Shown: positions 38,640 through 48,002, numbered from the stretch's first letter. The stretch: 51,610 bases of DNA from a virus (IMGVR_UViG_3300019487_000008:1-51610); one strand, 5' to 3'. The notes: a model not told the origin generated them from the sequence alone. Program-made: numbers and translations.

Positions 38640-39473
38640 CTACCTGGCGGGCACCGAGTCGGTGCCGCCCTCGTTGGGATCCTGCTGGTAGGCGTCGCCG
38701 TAGTCCGTGGGGTCTTCGGGATCCCACTCCCGGTCGGCCACCCACACCCCTCGGCGGAAGTGATCCTCAACCAAGTCCTTGGAGAACGCCGGGAGGCCGG
38801 AGCGCATCGAGTGGACGGCCGCAGTAGGGCGATCCTCGTGCGTGTGCCAGCCGGTGTTGAAGACGGCCTCGGTGGTCAGGGGGGTCGGCGGCTGGCCCTC
38901 GGTGCTCTCGGCCGTGAAGACCGGCACCTGGACCCCAAAGTAGAGGGGGCTGTTCAACCCCAGGGTGAGGATTCCATCCCATCGAGGGTTGCGGGCGAGG
39001 GCGGCGATGGTGGGGTGGAGGGTTGTCACCGGCCCTAGGGGGCCCTGGGTAGTGACATTGAGCGGAACCGTCCAGGTGGTGAGGCCCACGAAGTCGGTGG
39101 CCGCGTCGTAGACGAGGACTTGGTTGGGGCGCCCGCCGACTCCCAGGGTGTGAGGCGGGAAGGCGTCGCTGAAAGGGGCGGCCTCCAGCTCATCCACCAC
39201 CCAGACCTGGAGGGTGAGAGGCGCGCTGGGGGCCACGCTCGCTGTCAGGACCAGACTGGCAGTGACCAGGCGCGGCGGATCCAGAGCCAGGCCGCCGCTG
39301 CGGGCGAACCCGAGTGGGAATCGGAAGCCGGCGTGGAACGGCCCATAGAACCCGCCCAGGGTGATGTCTTCCTCTACGTCTTCCCAGAGGCCCCCCGCGT
39401 CCACCAGATTCAAGGTGCCGTCCTGGGCCCCGGGGAGCCGGGTCGTGCGTGTGACGATGGAGGTCTGGGCCAT
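38640..39473 (-). CDS. virion structural protein, tandem paralog B
   Basis: 277 aa. The C-terminus TGWHTHEDRPTAAVHSMRSGLPAFSKDLVEDHFRRGVWVADREWDPED parallels the upstream gene. Confidence 0.5.
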   Translation of the reverse strand: MAQTSIVTRTTRLPGAQDGTLNLVDAGGLWEDVEEDITLGGFYGPFHAGFRFPLGFARSGGLALDPPRLVTASLVLTASVAPSAPLTLQVWVVDELEAAPFSDAFPPHTLGVGGRPNQVLVYDAATDFVGLTTWTVPLNVTTQGPLGPVTTLHPTIAALARNPRWDGILTLGLNSPLYFGVQVPVFTAESTEGQPPTPLTTEAVFNTGWHTHEDRPTAAVHSMRSGLPAFSKDLVEDHFRRGVWVADREWDPEDPTDYGDAYQQDPNEGGTDSVPAR

Positions 39474-39476
39474 GGG

Positions 39477-40340
39477 TCACTTTGCCGGGATGTTGATGGT
39501 GGCGCCCTCGCTGGGCGAGGAGACGTAGGTGTCGAACTCGAAGTCGTCTTCGGGGTCGCTCTCGTGAGGCAGGACCCAGACGCCGGGGAGGTAGCCGTCT
39601 TCGACCATCTCGTGGGACAGGGCGGGGAAGCCAGAACGCATCGAGTGGATGGCTCGGGTGTGGGGTTCTTGACTGCCGGTCTGCCAGCCAGTCTCGACCG
39701 ACTCCGCCCCCGGGGCCAAGACCACTTCAGTGAGGCTCAGGGTTGGCGGGGGGGTCAGGGCTGACTCGGAGGCAACCACCGTGAAGCCATTGGAGCCGTC
39801 GCCCACTGCATCGAGGCGAATCAACAGGCACAGCTTCCCGTTCCAGGTGGGGTCGTCACGCACAGCCTCCACCCAGTTGAAGGCCCCCAGGTCTCCTGAG
39901 CCGGTCAGGTCCAGCTCGAACGAACTCAAGCCCCCAGGGCGCGGGACTGTGAAGGTGGGCGCCAAGGCCCAGGGGGCGAATCCTCCCAGGCGCGCCCAGG
40001 GAAGGACTTGCGCCGCCAACGTAGGGAGGTTGGCATCGCTGAAGGCTGCGAGGGTAGGGGAGGTCATCAAGGCCAAGGGACGAACGAAAATGTCACTCCC
40101 AACGGCCCCGGCGATGATCCGAAGGAGCAAGGTGCAAGGTTGAAGCACCCCCGGCAACTCGGCGGGGATGCCGCCTGGGTAGAGTTGGAATTGGAGTCCT
40201 AGCTGGAGGCGCCAGTTGATGAAGCCGTCGAAGGTGGCAGATATCTGGGGGTCCAGCTCACTGACCCACTGCGGCGCGGAGACTCGTTGGCGGCCGTCCT
40301 GAGAGCCGGCCAACTCGGTGGTGTAGTCAACGACGGGCAT
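39477..40340 (-). CDS. virion structural protein, tandem paralog A
   Basis: 287 aa. C-terminus TGWQTGSQEPHTRAIHSMRSGFPALSHEMVEDGYLPGVWVLPHESDPED. Confidence 0.5.
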   Translation of the reverse strand: MPVVDYTTELAGSQDGRQRVSAPQWVSELDPQISATFDGFINWRLQLGLQFQLYPGGIPAELPGVLQPCTLLLRIIAGAVGSDIFVRPLALMTSPTLAAFSDANLPTLAAQVLPWARLGGFAPWALAPTFTVPRPGGLSSFELDLTGSGDLGAFNWVEAVRDDPTWNGKLCLLIRLDAVGDGSNGFTVVASESALTPPPTLSLTEVVLAPGAESVETGWQTGSQEPHTRAIHSMRSGFPALSHEMVEDGYLPGVWVLPHESDPEDDFEFDTYVSSPSEGATINIPAK

Positions 40341-40506
40341 CCGAGGGCCTCTTGGGCTGGCGCCGAGAGACGAGCTGCTTGCGGGCCTTCCTGGCGCGCC
40401 AGCGGCGAATCAGTTGGAGGATGTCCAACTTGAGGCGGCGGACCTCAGCGCCAGCCAGATCGCGGGCCAGGAGGATCCCCCGTCTCATTCGGGCGGGACC
40501 CCCGCC

Positions 40507-40800
40507 TCAGCCGAGCGGGATGAATCGGGCGAGGACACCCACCCAGCCGCCCTTGGCGATCATCCAGTTCCGCAGGATCTTCCCGAGCAGCGCCCCGCCG
40601 CCCAGGATCATGGCTCCGAGCGCAGTCTCCAGGCCCACGCGGACCTGTTCCACCTGGGCCGGGTCCATGCCGCTCTGGGTGAGGGTCCCCACGACGGTGC
40701 CCAGGATCGCCCCCAGGACGGCCTGGCGGACGGCCCCCTCCGCGGCGGGGCTGGCTGTGCGGTCGGACGAGAAGAGGAGCGACTTGAGGAAGCCCAGCAT
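40507..40800 (-). CDS. small multi-pass membrane protein, holin candidate
   Basis: 97 aa with AGGAGG upstream. Hydrophobic segments AVLGAILGTVVGTL, ALGAMILGGGALLG and GGWVGVLARFI. Confidence 0.45.
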   Translation of the reverse strand: MLGFLKSLLFSSDRTASPAAEGAVRQAVLGAILGTVVGTLTQSGMDPAQVEQVRVGLETALGAMILGGGALLGKILRNWMIAKGGWVGVLARFIPLG

Positions 40801-40879
40801 CACGTACCTCCTGCCCCATGGGGCTGCCCTGTGGGGCCTTGGCTACGTGGTGGAATGGTACCACAAGGCCAGAGGCCAG

Positions 40880-41149
40880 CTACAAGCACTGCCCCTGGAT
40901 GGTGCGCCAGCCGTTGAGGCCAGAGCCGAGCCGGGCTGTCTGGATGGCCTCCAGGGCCCTGGAGTCGTCCGCCTCCCGGACGCAGTTGTCGCCATTCCAG
41001 TCATAGAGGGCGATGAGGGCCGCGCGTTCGGCAGAGTAGTCCGGAGGAGGCGGAGGGGGGGTAGGGCATTCAGGACATTCAGGGGGCTGGCAGGCGCCAC
41101 CCAGGAGCATCCCGAGGCCAAGGGTCAGGATGAGAGCCAACCGAACCAT
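40880..41149 (-). CDS. Pro-rich lipoprotein, o-spanin candidate
   Basis: 89 aa with AAGGAGA upstream. Signal plus lipobox-like LLGGAC, followed by CQPPECPECPTPPPPPPD. Confidence 0.5.
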   Translation of the reverse strand: MVRLALILTLGLGMLLGGACQPPECPECPTPPPPPPDYSAERAALIALYDWNGDNCVREADDSRALEAIQTARLGSGLNGWRTIQGQCL

Positions 41150-41159
41150 GAGGGTCTCC

Positions 41160-41507
41160 TTATTTCACTCCATCGTGGGTGATGGAGTAGTGATTTCCGT
41201 CACCAAAGCGGCCGCCCCATCGGCAGTCTGGATGGAGACGTTCCCAGAAGACGCCGAAGGTCTCGTGGTCTTTGGTTTCGGTCAGGTAGCGGCGGTCCTG
41301 GAACAGGTGTAGGTCGGCTGCGAGACGAAGGGTGTGGACGCTGTTTGGTTTTCCCAGGCGGGCGGCCTCTTCGGGGCTGCGTTCGACCTGGCCCATGCGG
41401 ACTTGATAGCCCTCCAGGTGCATCCGTAGGAGGAGCTGGACGAGGCAGCGAGTGAAGAGTTCTTGCTTGTCTCCGAGGCTCACAGGACTGCTTCGTTTCG
41501 TTGTCAA
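41160..41507 (-). CDS. endolysin, peptidase M15 (VanY / L-Ala-D-Glu peptidase-like)
   Basis: 115 aa. SVHTLRLAADLHLF...WGGRFGDGNHY matches the H...D...H zinc-peptidase pattern of M15 lysins. Start uncertain (TTG 41507 or GTG 41483). Confidence 0.7.
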   Translation of the reverse strand: MTTKRSSPVSLGDKQELFTRCLVQLLLRMHLEGYQVRMGQVERSPEEAARLGKPNSVHTLRLAADLHLFQDRRYLTETKDHETFGVFWERLHPDCRWGGRFGDGNHYSITHDGVK

Positions 41508-41537
41508 CCAGAGAGGCGGGCAGGCGTCGGGAGAAGG

Positions 41538-41864
41538 TCACGCCGGCTCTCCCTTCCCGATGTAGGCGTCCACCAACTTACCCAGCCGGTCTTCGACGTG
41601 GCCAACACGGACCTCGACTTTTCCGATGGAGACAGCAAGTCCGTTCTGTCCCTCGAACAGCCTGCTCACGCTGTCTCGGATACGCTCCACCTCGCCGCGC
41701 ATGGCGATGCAGTCGTCTCGGGTCTCTACGGCCGCAGCCCTCGTTGTAGGATCGCCGAAGAGGCTGGTCTTCTTTGCGATCACGACGATGCCGAGCAGTA
41801 GTACGATAGCGCCCACGAGATCGAGCTGACCTAGGGCGTAGATGACCTTGTAGAGTTCTTCCAT
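41538..41864 (-). CDS. N-terminal TM + coiled-coil protein (i-spanin or holin candidate)
   Basis: 108 aa from the internal ATG, 4 nt after the upstream stop. TM segment LVGAIVLLLGIVVIA, then a helical periplasmic-type region. Confidence 0.45.
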   Translation of the reverse strand: MEELYKVIYALGQLDLVGAIVLLLGIVVIAKKTSLFGDPTTRAAAVETRDDCIAMRGEVERIRDSVSRLFEGQNGLAVSIGKVEVRVGHVEDRLGKLVDAYIGKGEPA

Positions 41865-41868
41865 GAGG

Positions 41869-43398
41869 CTAGTTGCAGAAGGCGGCGATGTTGATACCAG
41901 CGCCGGGCTGATCTGTGCAGGCTTGTCTGGTGAGGACCGGCACCCCGTCTGTTCCGAAGGCAATCACATTCACGCACTGCATTCCAGCATTGCTACAGAC
42001 TTCCTGCCCGCACGTCGGAGTCTGATCGACGGTGCCGGCGGCAGCGCAGGTGCCATCGGCATCCAGGACTCCCCAGATTGCCGGGCCCCATGTGCTGCGA
42101 TCGGACTCCATCACGAAGGCGCGGCCGGCGGATTCGCTGGGGGGACCGCCAGTGTCGGTGCGGGCCCGCATGACCTGGCCCACAGACCCCGGCGTGTCGT
42201 AGCCGGAGGTCGAGTCGTCCGGCCAGAGCCAGTATCCACCGCCGCCTGAGGTGACCCAGACGAAGGATGCGGCACTGGAGTTGGACGGACGGTCCATGAG
42301 CAGGTAGCGGATGTAGTCCGGGTCCGTTCTCCAATACTGCATGGTGCTGTACCCGGTCGGCTGGGTCTCTGCGTTCGGGAAGATGTCGATGGCCGCAGAG
42401 GGCGAGGTGTTCCCGAAGATCGTGATGCCTCCGTTCACGAAGTAGATGTATTGCTCACCCGCACCGAAGTTTCCGTTGCGATCCCGATCCCGATGGTGGA
42501 TCGAGAAGGACATGGCCCGCTGCACAGGGTCGATGTCTACGAAAAAGTACCGGAGATCGTGAGTCGGAACCCCACCAGGCTCCCACGCCTTCAGGTAGGC
42601 TTCGATGACGCTGCGCTGGTACTCGACGTTGCAGGTTCCAGATCCAACGGCCGTGAGGTTGATTGCGGAGAGCGGGTTCCTCGTGGCCGAGAGCTGGAAT
42701 TCCGAGGTTGTGAAGGCATTGCTCCAGATGATGAAATAGTCGGTCGCAAGCGCGAGCTGGGGCGTAGAAGTAGGCAGCACCGCGGCCGTGTCACACTTCA
42801 GGCGGACAGGGCCACTGCCAGTCGGGAAGCCATGGGGGGCGCCTGTGGTGATGCGCTCGTTGGCCGTGTTCACTGCCGCCGCATTCCAGGTGAAACTGGT
42901 GACCCCAGGGCGCCAATCGGACTCGACGACCGTGGCCCAGGAGTGCTGGTTTGCGTCGTAGGCCGTGTTTTCGTCGATCATGTTGTAGGCCATGCCGCTG
43001 AGAACAGAGTCGAGCCTCCGCGTGGCCCCCACACCGGACGCAGGAGGCGCAGGCCCGGCCGCGGCGTTCACGTAGGTGCGATACTGGGTCGGGAGGTACC
43101 CGGTGTTACCGCCGGCCGTGTTGATCTCGCAGGTCGCGTCGATGCAGTCGTCGTCCGCGTCGCACTCCTGGTTGTCGTTTCGGCCGCCGTCGCAGCGCCA
43201 CGAGGGACCCCATTGGGTCTCGAAGATATCGCCGAAGCTGCGCTCTCCGGGGGCCGTGAAGGGGTCGCCGGACCCGCCGGTTGAGGGGAAGGTGGTCACA
43301 CCGGAAGATGTCTGGGTAGGGACGAAATCTGTTCCTCCAGCAAACGTGACGCCAGCAACGAAGCAAAGGAGGATTGCGAGTGTCCTGTACCAGTTCAC
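41869..43398 (-). CDS. signal-peptide Cys-rich secreted protein
   Basis: 509 aa. GTG start in a GTGA overlap. MNWYRTLAILLCFVAGVTFAGG signal. Acidic Cys cluster RCDGGRNDNQECDADDDCIDATC and C-terminal Cys cluster. Confidence 0.55.
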   Translation of the reverse strand: MNWYRTLAILLCFVAGVTFAGGTDFVPTQTSSGVTTFPSTGGSGDPFTAPGERSFGDIFETQWGPSWRCDGGRNDNQECDADDDCIDATCEINTAGGNTGYLPTQYRTYVNAAAGPAPPASGVGATRRLDSVLSGMAYNMIDENTAYDANQHSWATVVESDWRPGVTSFTWNAAAVNTANERITTGAPHGFPTGSGPVRLKCDTAAVLPTSTPQLALATDYFIIWSNAFTTSEFQLSATRNPLSAINLTAVGSGTCNVEYQRSVIEAYLKAWEPGGVPTHDLRYFFVDIDPVQRAMSFSIHHRDRDRNGNFGAGEQYIYFVNGGITIFGNTSPSAAIDIFPNAETQPTGYSTMQYWRTDPDYIRYLLMDRPSNSSAASFVWVTSGGGGYWLWPDDSTSGYDTPGSVGQVMRARTDTGGPPSESAGRAFVMESDRSTWGPAIWGVLDADGTCAAAGTVDQTPTCGQEVCSNAGMQCVNVIAFGTDGVPVLTRQACTDQPGAGINIAAFCN

Positions 43399-43898
43399 CT
43401 TTCGATCTCCCCGTAGATGAGGATGATTTCGCTGTCGGTGCAGCCGGCTGTGTTGGTCAGGGAAACATTGAGAAATCGGTCCACGGGGGCTCTCTGAAGG
43501 TCCACGACCAGGCGGGACGTGGCTGCGTTTATGGCAGTGGTGCTGCCCAGGGTGTGGAGGGTGTCGGCGTCAGGGCCGGTGGCGAAGGTGGCCGTGAGGT
43601 CTGCTGCGCAGCCGGCCACCAAGTTGCGCTCGAAAATGAGCAGGTCAGGGGACTTGGTGAGGCTCGCGGACATGGCCCTGAGGTCGTAGTCGTTGGCAGC
43701 CCCGGTGCCTGTGCCCGGAACGCAGTCGGCAGTCCCGTCACACAGGCAGATGGCTGCAACCTCAGCAACACGGCCCTGGTAACCGACGGCAGCGTTGGTC
43801 GCTCCGCCAGCGCCCAGGTCGCAGAGTGCGGCCCCCAGGGCGCCAGTGGGCAGGAGGAGGGCCCCGATGGCCCCGAGGATGGCGAGGCAGCGGGTCAT
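43395..43898 (-). CDS. signal-peptide Cys-containing secreted protein
   Basis: 167 aa from the internal ATG with AAGGAG upstream. MTRCLAILGAIGALLLPTGALGAA signal. 7 Cys. Confidence 0.5.
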   Translation of the reverse strand: MTRCLAILGAIGALLLPTGALGAALCDLGAGGATNAAVGYQGRVAEVAAICLCDGTADCVPGTGTGAANDYDLRAMSASLTKSPDLLIFERNLVAGCAADLTATFATGPDADTLHTLGSTTAINAATSRLVVDLQRAPVDRFLNVSLTNTAGCTDSEIILIYGEIER

Positions 43899-43912
43899 GG
43901 GGTCTCCTTCGG

Positions 43913-44788
43913 TTAGACCATCGCTCCGGCGTCGTCGAAGAGGCTTTGGACAACGAGGACGTATCCGATGTCCATGATCTTGGCAACGGCTTCGCCGTTC
44001 TGAACGCAGAGGGTGACGCACAATTCCGTGTCAGGGATGAAGCCGGCTGCGTTGATGGGGCTTGCGGCGGTGACCTCGTTGTTGACCCAGACGTAGACGT
44101 TGCCGTTGGCGCCGTTGCCGGTGGGCTCGACCAGGAAGGCCAGCTTGATCCACTGGTTCGGGCCCATGAGACGGTCGGCCCGGTTGGCGGCTTGGGCTAC
44201 GGCTTGGGTGCTCAGGGCGGTCCAGCCAGTGGGGCTCACGAGTTGGTCAACCAAGGCGCCCGCGGCGCCTCCTGCGTCGCCACTGACGAATTGAATCGCA
44301 GTGGCGGTGCCGTCCTGCTTGACGAATCCGATGAAGTCAGTGGCACCGTCGATCACGGTGGTGTCTGTGATGGCAAGCCCGACGAACCAATCGACCTGCT
44401 CCACGGTGTCGCGGTCGTTGTTCGCATCCCGAAGGCGAATCATGGTCTCGAAGTAGAGTGGGCGGTCGCCAGTGAGGAGCCATGTTTCACCAGCGGCGAC
44501 CGCGGTGAGCTGAGCCTCCTGGGAGTCGTTGTCGAGCGCATCGCAGGTGAGGACCAGGGCTGAGGGAGACGTGTCTGCTGAGAGGGCCGAGGTTCCGGCT
44601 GCGCCGGTCTCCGTCACTGTCCAGTCGTTGGTGGCGTCGAAGTCGCTAGCCCGCAGGAAGTCGTTGTGGTAGACCTGGCAATCGCTGAGGAGTTGAAGTC
44701 CGACCGGAAGTCCTGCGTAGCGAGAGACCAAAGGGCCGCCGGAGTCTTGACTTCGTGCGTATTCGACGGGAGCGCGGAATCGGGCCAT
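43913..44788 (-). CDS. virion structural protein, beta-sandwich-like
   Basis: 291 aa with AAGGAGA upstream. Directly downstream of the capsid gene. Beta-rich, with no catalytic motif. Confidence 0.45.
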   Translation of the reverse strand: MARFRAPVEYARSQDSGGPLVSRYAGLPVGLQLLSDCQVYHNDFLRASDFDATNDWTVTETGAAGTSALSADTSPSALVLTCDALDNDSQEAQLTAVAAGETWLLTGDRPLYFETMIRLRDANNDRDTVEQVDWFVGLAITDTTVIDGATDFIGFVKQDGTATAIQFVSGDAGGAAGALVDQLVSPTGWTALSTQAVAQAANRADRLMGPNQWIKLAFLVEPTGNGANGNVYVWVNNEVTAASPINAAGFIPDTELCVTLCVQNGEAVAKIMDIGYVLVVQSLFDDAGAMV

Positions 44789-44948
44789 TGGTAGTGTCTC
44801 CTTTCATCCCCATTGACCTATGAGGGCTGGGGGCTACCGGGTGCCAACCGGCTTACTTGGAGTGGGCCCCGTGGCAGGTGGGGCCGTAGGCTCAGGTTGT
44901 GATCGCGGTGTCCTTCTGGTGGTCTACGAGGTACTGGAAGGCGCACCG

Positions 44949-45860
44949 TTAGAAGTTACTCCCCCAGTTCCCCCTCCATTCCGAGAACATCACCGAGCAC
45001 CGGAAGGTCCCGTAGAACTTCATGTCGAAGGTGTCCGCGTCGCGGGCCCGGCTGAAGTTCACGTCCTCTCGCTCGTTCCACACGAGGGAGTTGCGGCCAG
45101 GCCGGTCGTGGACGGTCCAGTTGGTGGCGGAGGTGACGTAGGGGGAGACGAGGGGCTGAAGGCCGGAGCGGGTGGAGCGCACGGTGGACAGGTCGTTGTC
45201 GGCCGTGCCCGGTCGGAACTCGGTCTCCAGGAGGACGTAGAGGGCGTGCTCCAGGGCCGGCGCCACCACCACGTAGGCTTGCCCGAGGGACACGAACCGG
45301 CCCTCTTCGCTGTCGGTGGTCCTCTTGAGGGTCATGATGGATTCGAGGCCGGTGACCGAGAGGGCGACCGCAGGCGCGAGGACGTTCGAGACGGCGGTGG
45401 CCTCGGGGCGCAGGTTGGTGTGGGCCGCGTTCAGCAACGAGAGGCCGTCGAGGCCGGTGTAGGTGGCCCCAGCGAAGGCGTCGTTGCGCAGGTCCCACGC
45501 GAGCCGCTCCCGGTAGTCCCGGGCCGCGTCTCCGAGGTCGGCCGGCATCTTGTCGAGGATGTTCCACTGGTCGTCTTCCAGAGCCTCGTGCGTGGCCCGG
45601 AAGCCCTCGGCGTAGGTCTGGTGGGCGACCCGGCGCCGGACACCCTGCACGGGGTCGTCGAACGCGACCGGCGAGCCTTCGGGCTTGAGCTGGAAGCGGC
45701 CCAGGCCGGCTACCCGGATGCGGTCCTCGAACGCCTTGGTGGAGCGTCGGACCTCGAACAGGGTGGGGTAGAGCACGGGAATCTGGGTGAACTGCTTGAA
45801 GAAGATCATCTTGTCCCGCGTTTCGAGCAGCTCGGGGAAGTTGGATGTGAAGGTGGCCAT
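44949..45860 (-). CDS. major capsid protein (HK97 fold)
   Basis: 303 aa from the internal ATG with GAGGGAG upstream. MATFTSNFPELLETRDKMIFFKQF...LYPTLFEVRRS...EDDQWNILDK pattern. Position after scaffold/decoration genes. The upstream part of the track ORF is a Pro/Ser/Arg-rich shadow overlapping the previous gene. Confidence 0.75.
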   Translation of the reverse strand: MATFTSNFPELLETRDKMIFFKQFTQIPVLYPTLFEVRRSTKAFEDRIRVAGLGRFQLKPEGSPVAFDDPVQGVRRRVAHQTYAEGFRATHEALEDDQWNILDKMPADLGDAARDYRERLAWDLRNDAFAGATYTGLDGLSLLNAAHTNLRPEATAVSNVLAPAVALSVTGLESIMTLKRTTDSEEGRFVSLGQAYVVVAPALEHALYVLLETEFRPGTADNDLSTVRSTRSGLQPLVSPYVTSATNWTVHDRPGRNSLVWNEREDVNFSRARDADTFDMKFYGTFRCSVMFSEWRGNWGSNF

Positions 45861-45894
45861 GGCTCCCTCTCTGTTTCTGGCAGGCCCGACGCTA

Positions 45895-46494
45895 CTACGC
45901 GCCGGTCTTGATCTCGAACACCGCGGAGACGCCAGCAGCCCCGGAAGTTCGGATGGGGCGGCCGAGTGCATCGAGGACATCGACGATGACGGCGACCACA
46001 TCGGTTCCGTAGGCGCCCGCCGTGTATTCGATGCCCCAGCCGGCGTCGGGGGTCCCGTAGGTGCCGAAGGTGATCTGGTAGGGCTCCCCGATGTCGGTGA
46101 TGGCCGGGGCGGCGCCTGCGCTGGCGCCTCCCGCCGCGTGGAAGTTGTTGGTGATGAAGAGGGTCCCCTGGTCGGCGGGCCAGTAGGCGATGGTGGCACC
46201 CGTGGCGTAGGGAGCCCCCGTGGCCGGGTTGTCCCAGAGCTGGCTGCCGGGGTCCGCGGCGGCGCTGGCCGCACCAGGCCCGAAGCAGGCGATCCCAACG
46301 CGGTTTCCCACGGTGTCCTGGTCTGCCAGGACCCACTGGGCTCCGGTGTCCGGCGGCTCCGTGAGGGTGCCTGCGTCCACGATGCCGACGGGCTCGCCGG
46401 TCTGGAAGGATTCGCCAGCTGTCATCCCAGCGTGCCGTACCTCGTAGGTACCGCCGAGGGGCGACTTGTAGGGCATGATGTCTCCGCGAGGCAT
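45895..46494 (-). CDS. head-associated protein (possible decoration protein)
   Basis: 199 aa with GAGGAGAG upstream. Gly/Ala-rich beta protein immediately before the capsid gene. Confidence 0.4.
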   Translation of the reverse strand: MPRGDIMPYKSPLGGTYEVRHAGMTAGESFQTGEPVGIVDAGTLTEPPDTGAQWVLADQDTVGNRVGIACFGPGAASAAADPGSQLWDNPATGAPYATGATIAYWPADQGTLFITNNFHAAGGASAGAAPAITDIGEPYQITFGTYGTPDAGWGIEYTAGAYGTDVVAVIVDVLDALGRPIRTSGAAGVSAVFEIKTGA

Positions 46495-46506
46495 GGTGGC
46501 TCTCCT

Positions 46507-47082
46507 CTACTCGATCGGAACGTCCGGGATCTGGTGGCTTTCGATCACGTCGTCGCCGTCACGGACCTGGAAGCCGTGGGACGAGTGGGCGAATCGGGTG
46601 TTGCGGCCGTGACCTGAGAGCATTTCCTCTGAGGTCATCTGGTCGATGAAAGAGCGTTCGGCAGCCCTGAGGCTGGCGATTCGCTCGGCCTCTTCGAGGC
46701 GGCGATTCTCGGTGAGCCTGGCTGCGGGGATCCGAAGGAGCACCACGTCCTGGTAGACCTCGGAGGTGTCCATGGGAGTGGGGGCGTTGTGGTCGGGGTC
46801 GATGGCCCCGGAACGCCAGGCCGGGCCGTCGGGGTCGGTGTCCCGGACGACCTCGTAACCGCGCTGGCGGTCGATCAGGTGGCGCCGGGGGTCTCGGGAG
46901 CCCCAGGCGTATTCGTAGCCGGGGATGGGGTTTCGGATGTTGAGGCCGGCCGCGTGGGCCCGGTGGGTGCCGAAGATTTCCTCGTTGGGGCTGGATTCCC
47001 AGGCGCGACCGGAGCCGTCAGGCTTCAGGGGGGTGAGCCAGCTTCGAGGGGAGCCCAGGCCGAGGGGTTTGGGGTCACTCAT
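46507..47082 (-). CDS. hypothetical head-module protein
   Basis: 191 aa. ATGA overlap with the scaffold stop. Confidence 0.45.
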   Translation of the reverse strand: MSDPKPLGLGSPRSWLTPLKPDGSGRAWESSPNEEIFGTHRAHAAGLNIRNPIPGYEYAWGSRDPRRHLIDRQRGYEVVRDTDPDGPAWRSGAIDPDHNAPTPMDTSEVYQDVVLLRIPAARLTENRRLEEAERIASLRAAERSFIDQMTSEEMLSGHGRNTRFAHSSHGFQVRDGDDVIESHQIPDVPIE

Positions 47083-48002
47083 CGGGCGGCCTGCTGGGTG
47101 GTGGCATCGGGCTTGGGCTTCGTGGTGGCCTTGAGGAAGTCGCTCAAGGTGGTTCCGGCCGGGCCTCCGATGGCGTGGAACTTGGCGAACTCCTTGGGGT
47201 CGATCTGCTCGCCGGTGGCTGCGGCGACCTCGCGGCTGTAGAGGTCGAACCCAGGGATGTCCTTGGCGTTGGGGTCGCGGGTCTGGCGGCGCAGGCCCGA
47301 GGCCGGCAGGGTCGCCGAGATTCGGTCGGTGATGGACCTCATGGAAGCCTCCGAATCCTGCGCGACCTTGGCGTCGTGTGCGGCCTTCCGGGTGGTGAGG
47401 TCGGAGACCAGCTCACCCTTCACCATGTTGACGAGCCGGGTCACGGAGGCTTGGTCTGCGAGGACCTTGGGGTTGTTGCCTGTGAGGTCGCGAATGTGAG
47501 GGTCGAGGCGGGGCTTGATGACCTCGCGCCAGGTGTCGGGCCCGAACTCCTGGTCGATGTCGAAGGCCGCGTCGTCGAGGAGGTTACGGGACTGGGTGGC
47601 GAGGAGAGTCTGGAGGAGGTCAGACTGATCCTTGGTGAGGTCCTTGTAGGCCCCGGTGGCGATCTCCCGGATGAGCCCAGCCGGGTCCTCGGTGAACTTG
47701 GACACGAGGTCGGAAGCGTCCTGGCTGGCCTTCGGCTCAGGCTGGGCAGGCTCTTGGCGCTGGGATAGCTGCATGATGGCCTGGGAGACCTGCTGGGCGA
47801 ATTGGGGGAACTGGGTGGCCAGCTGCGAGACCTGGGACTGGAGGGCTGCGAACTGCGCCGGGTCGATGGCCGCGCTGGCCCCGGGGCTCGTGGAGGGGGA
47901 GGCAGCGCCCGAAGCTGAGGGTGAGGGCTCAGCCGACGCGACGGGGGCGGGACCGCCTCCGAGGGCGGGCCCCGCGTCACCGAAGATGGGGTCTTCCGGC
48001 AA
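47079..48002 (-). CDS. putative scaffolding protein
   Basis: 307 aa. TTG start with AGGAGG upstream. Ala/Pro/Ser-rich N-terminus, then Gln-rich helices (QFAALQSQVSQLATQFPQFAQQVSQAIMQL). Lies between portal and capsid. Confidence 0.5.
   Translation of the reverse strand: MPEDPIFGDAGPALGGGPAPVASAEPSPSASGAASPSTSPGASAAIDPAQFAALQSQVSQLATQFPQFAQQVSQAIMQLSQRQEPAQPEPKASQDASDLVSKFTEDPAGLIREIATGAYKDLTKDQSDLLQTLLATQSRNLLDDAAFDIDQEFGPDTWREVIKPRLDPHIRDLTGNNPKVLADQASVTRLVNMVKGELVSDLTTRKAAHDAKVAQDSEASMRSITDRISATLPASGLRRQTRDPNAKDIPGFDLYSREVAAATGEQIDPKEFAKFHAIGGPAGTTLSDFLKATTKPKPDATTQQAAR

Noticed and set aside
45861-46298. N-terminal 146-codon extension of the capsid ORF (the track starts it at 46298)
   Set aside because: The extension is Pro/Ser/Arg/Thr-rich and overlaps the SD-preceded 199-aa gene in another frame. 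The ATG at 45860 has GAGGGAG upstream and begins a typical capsid N-terminus.
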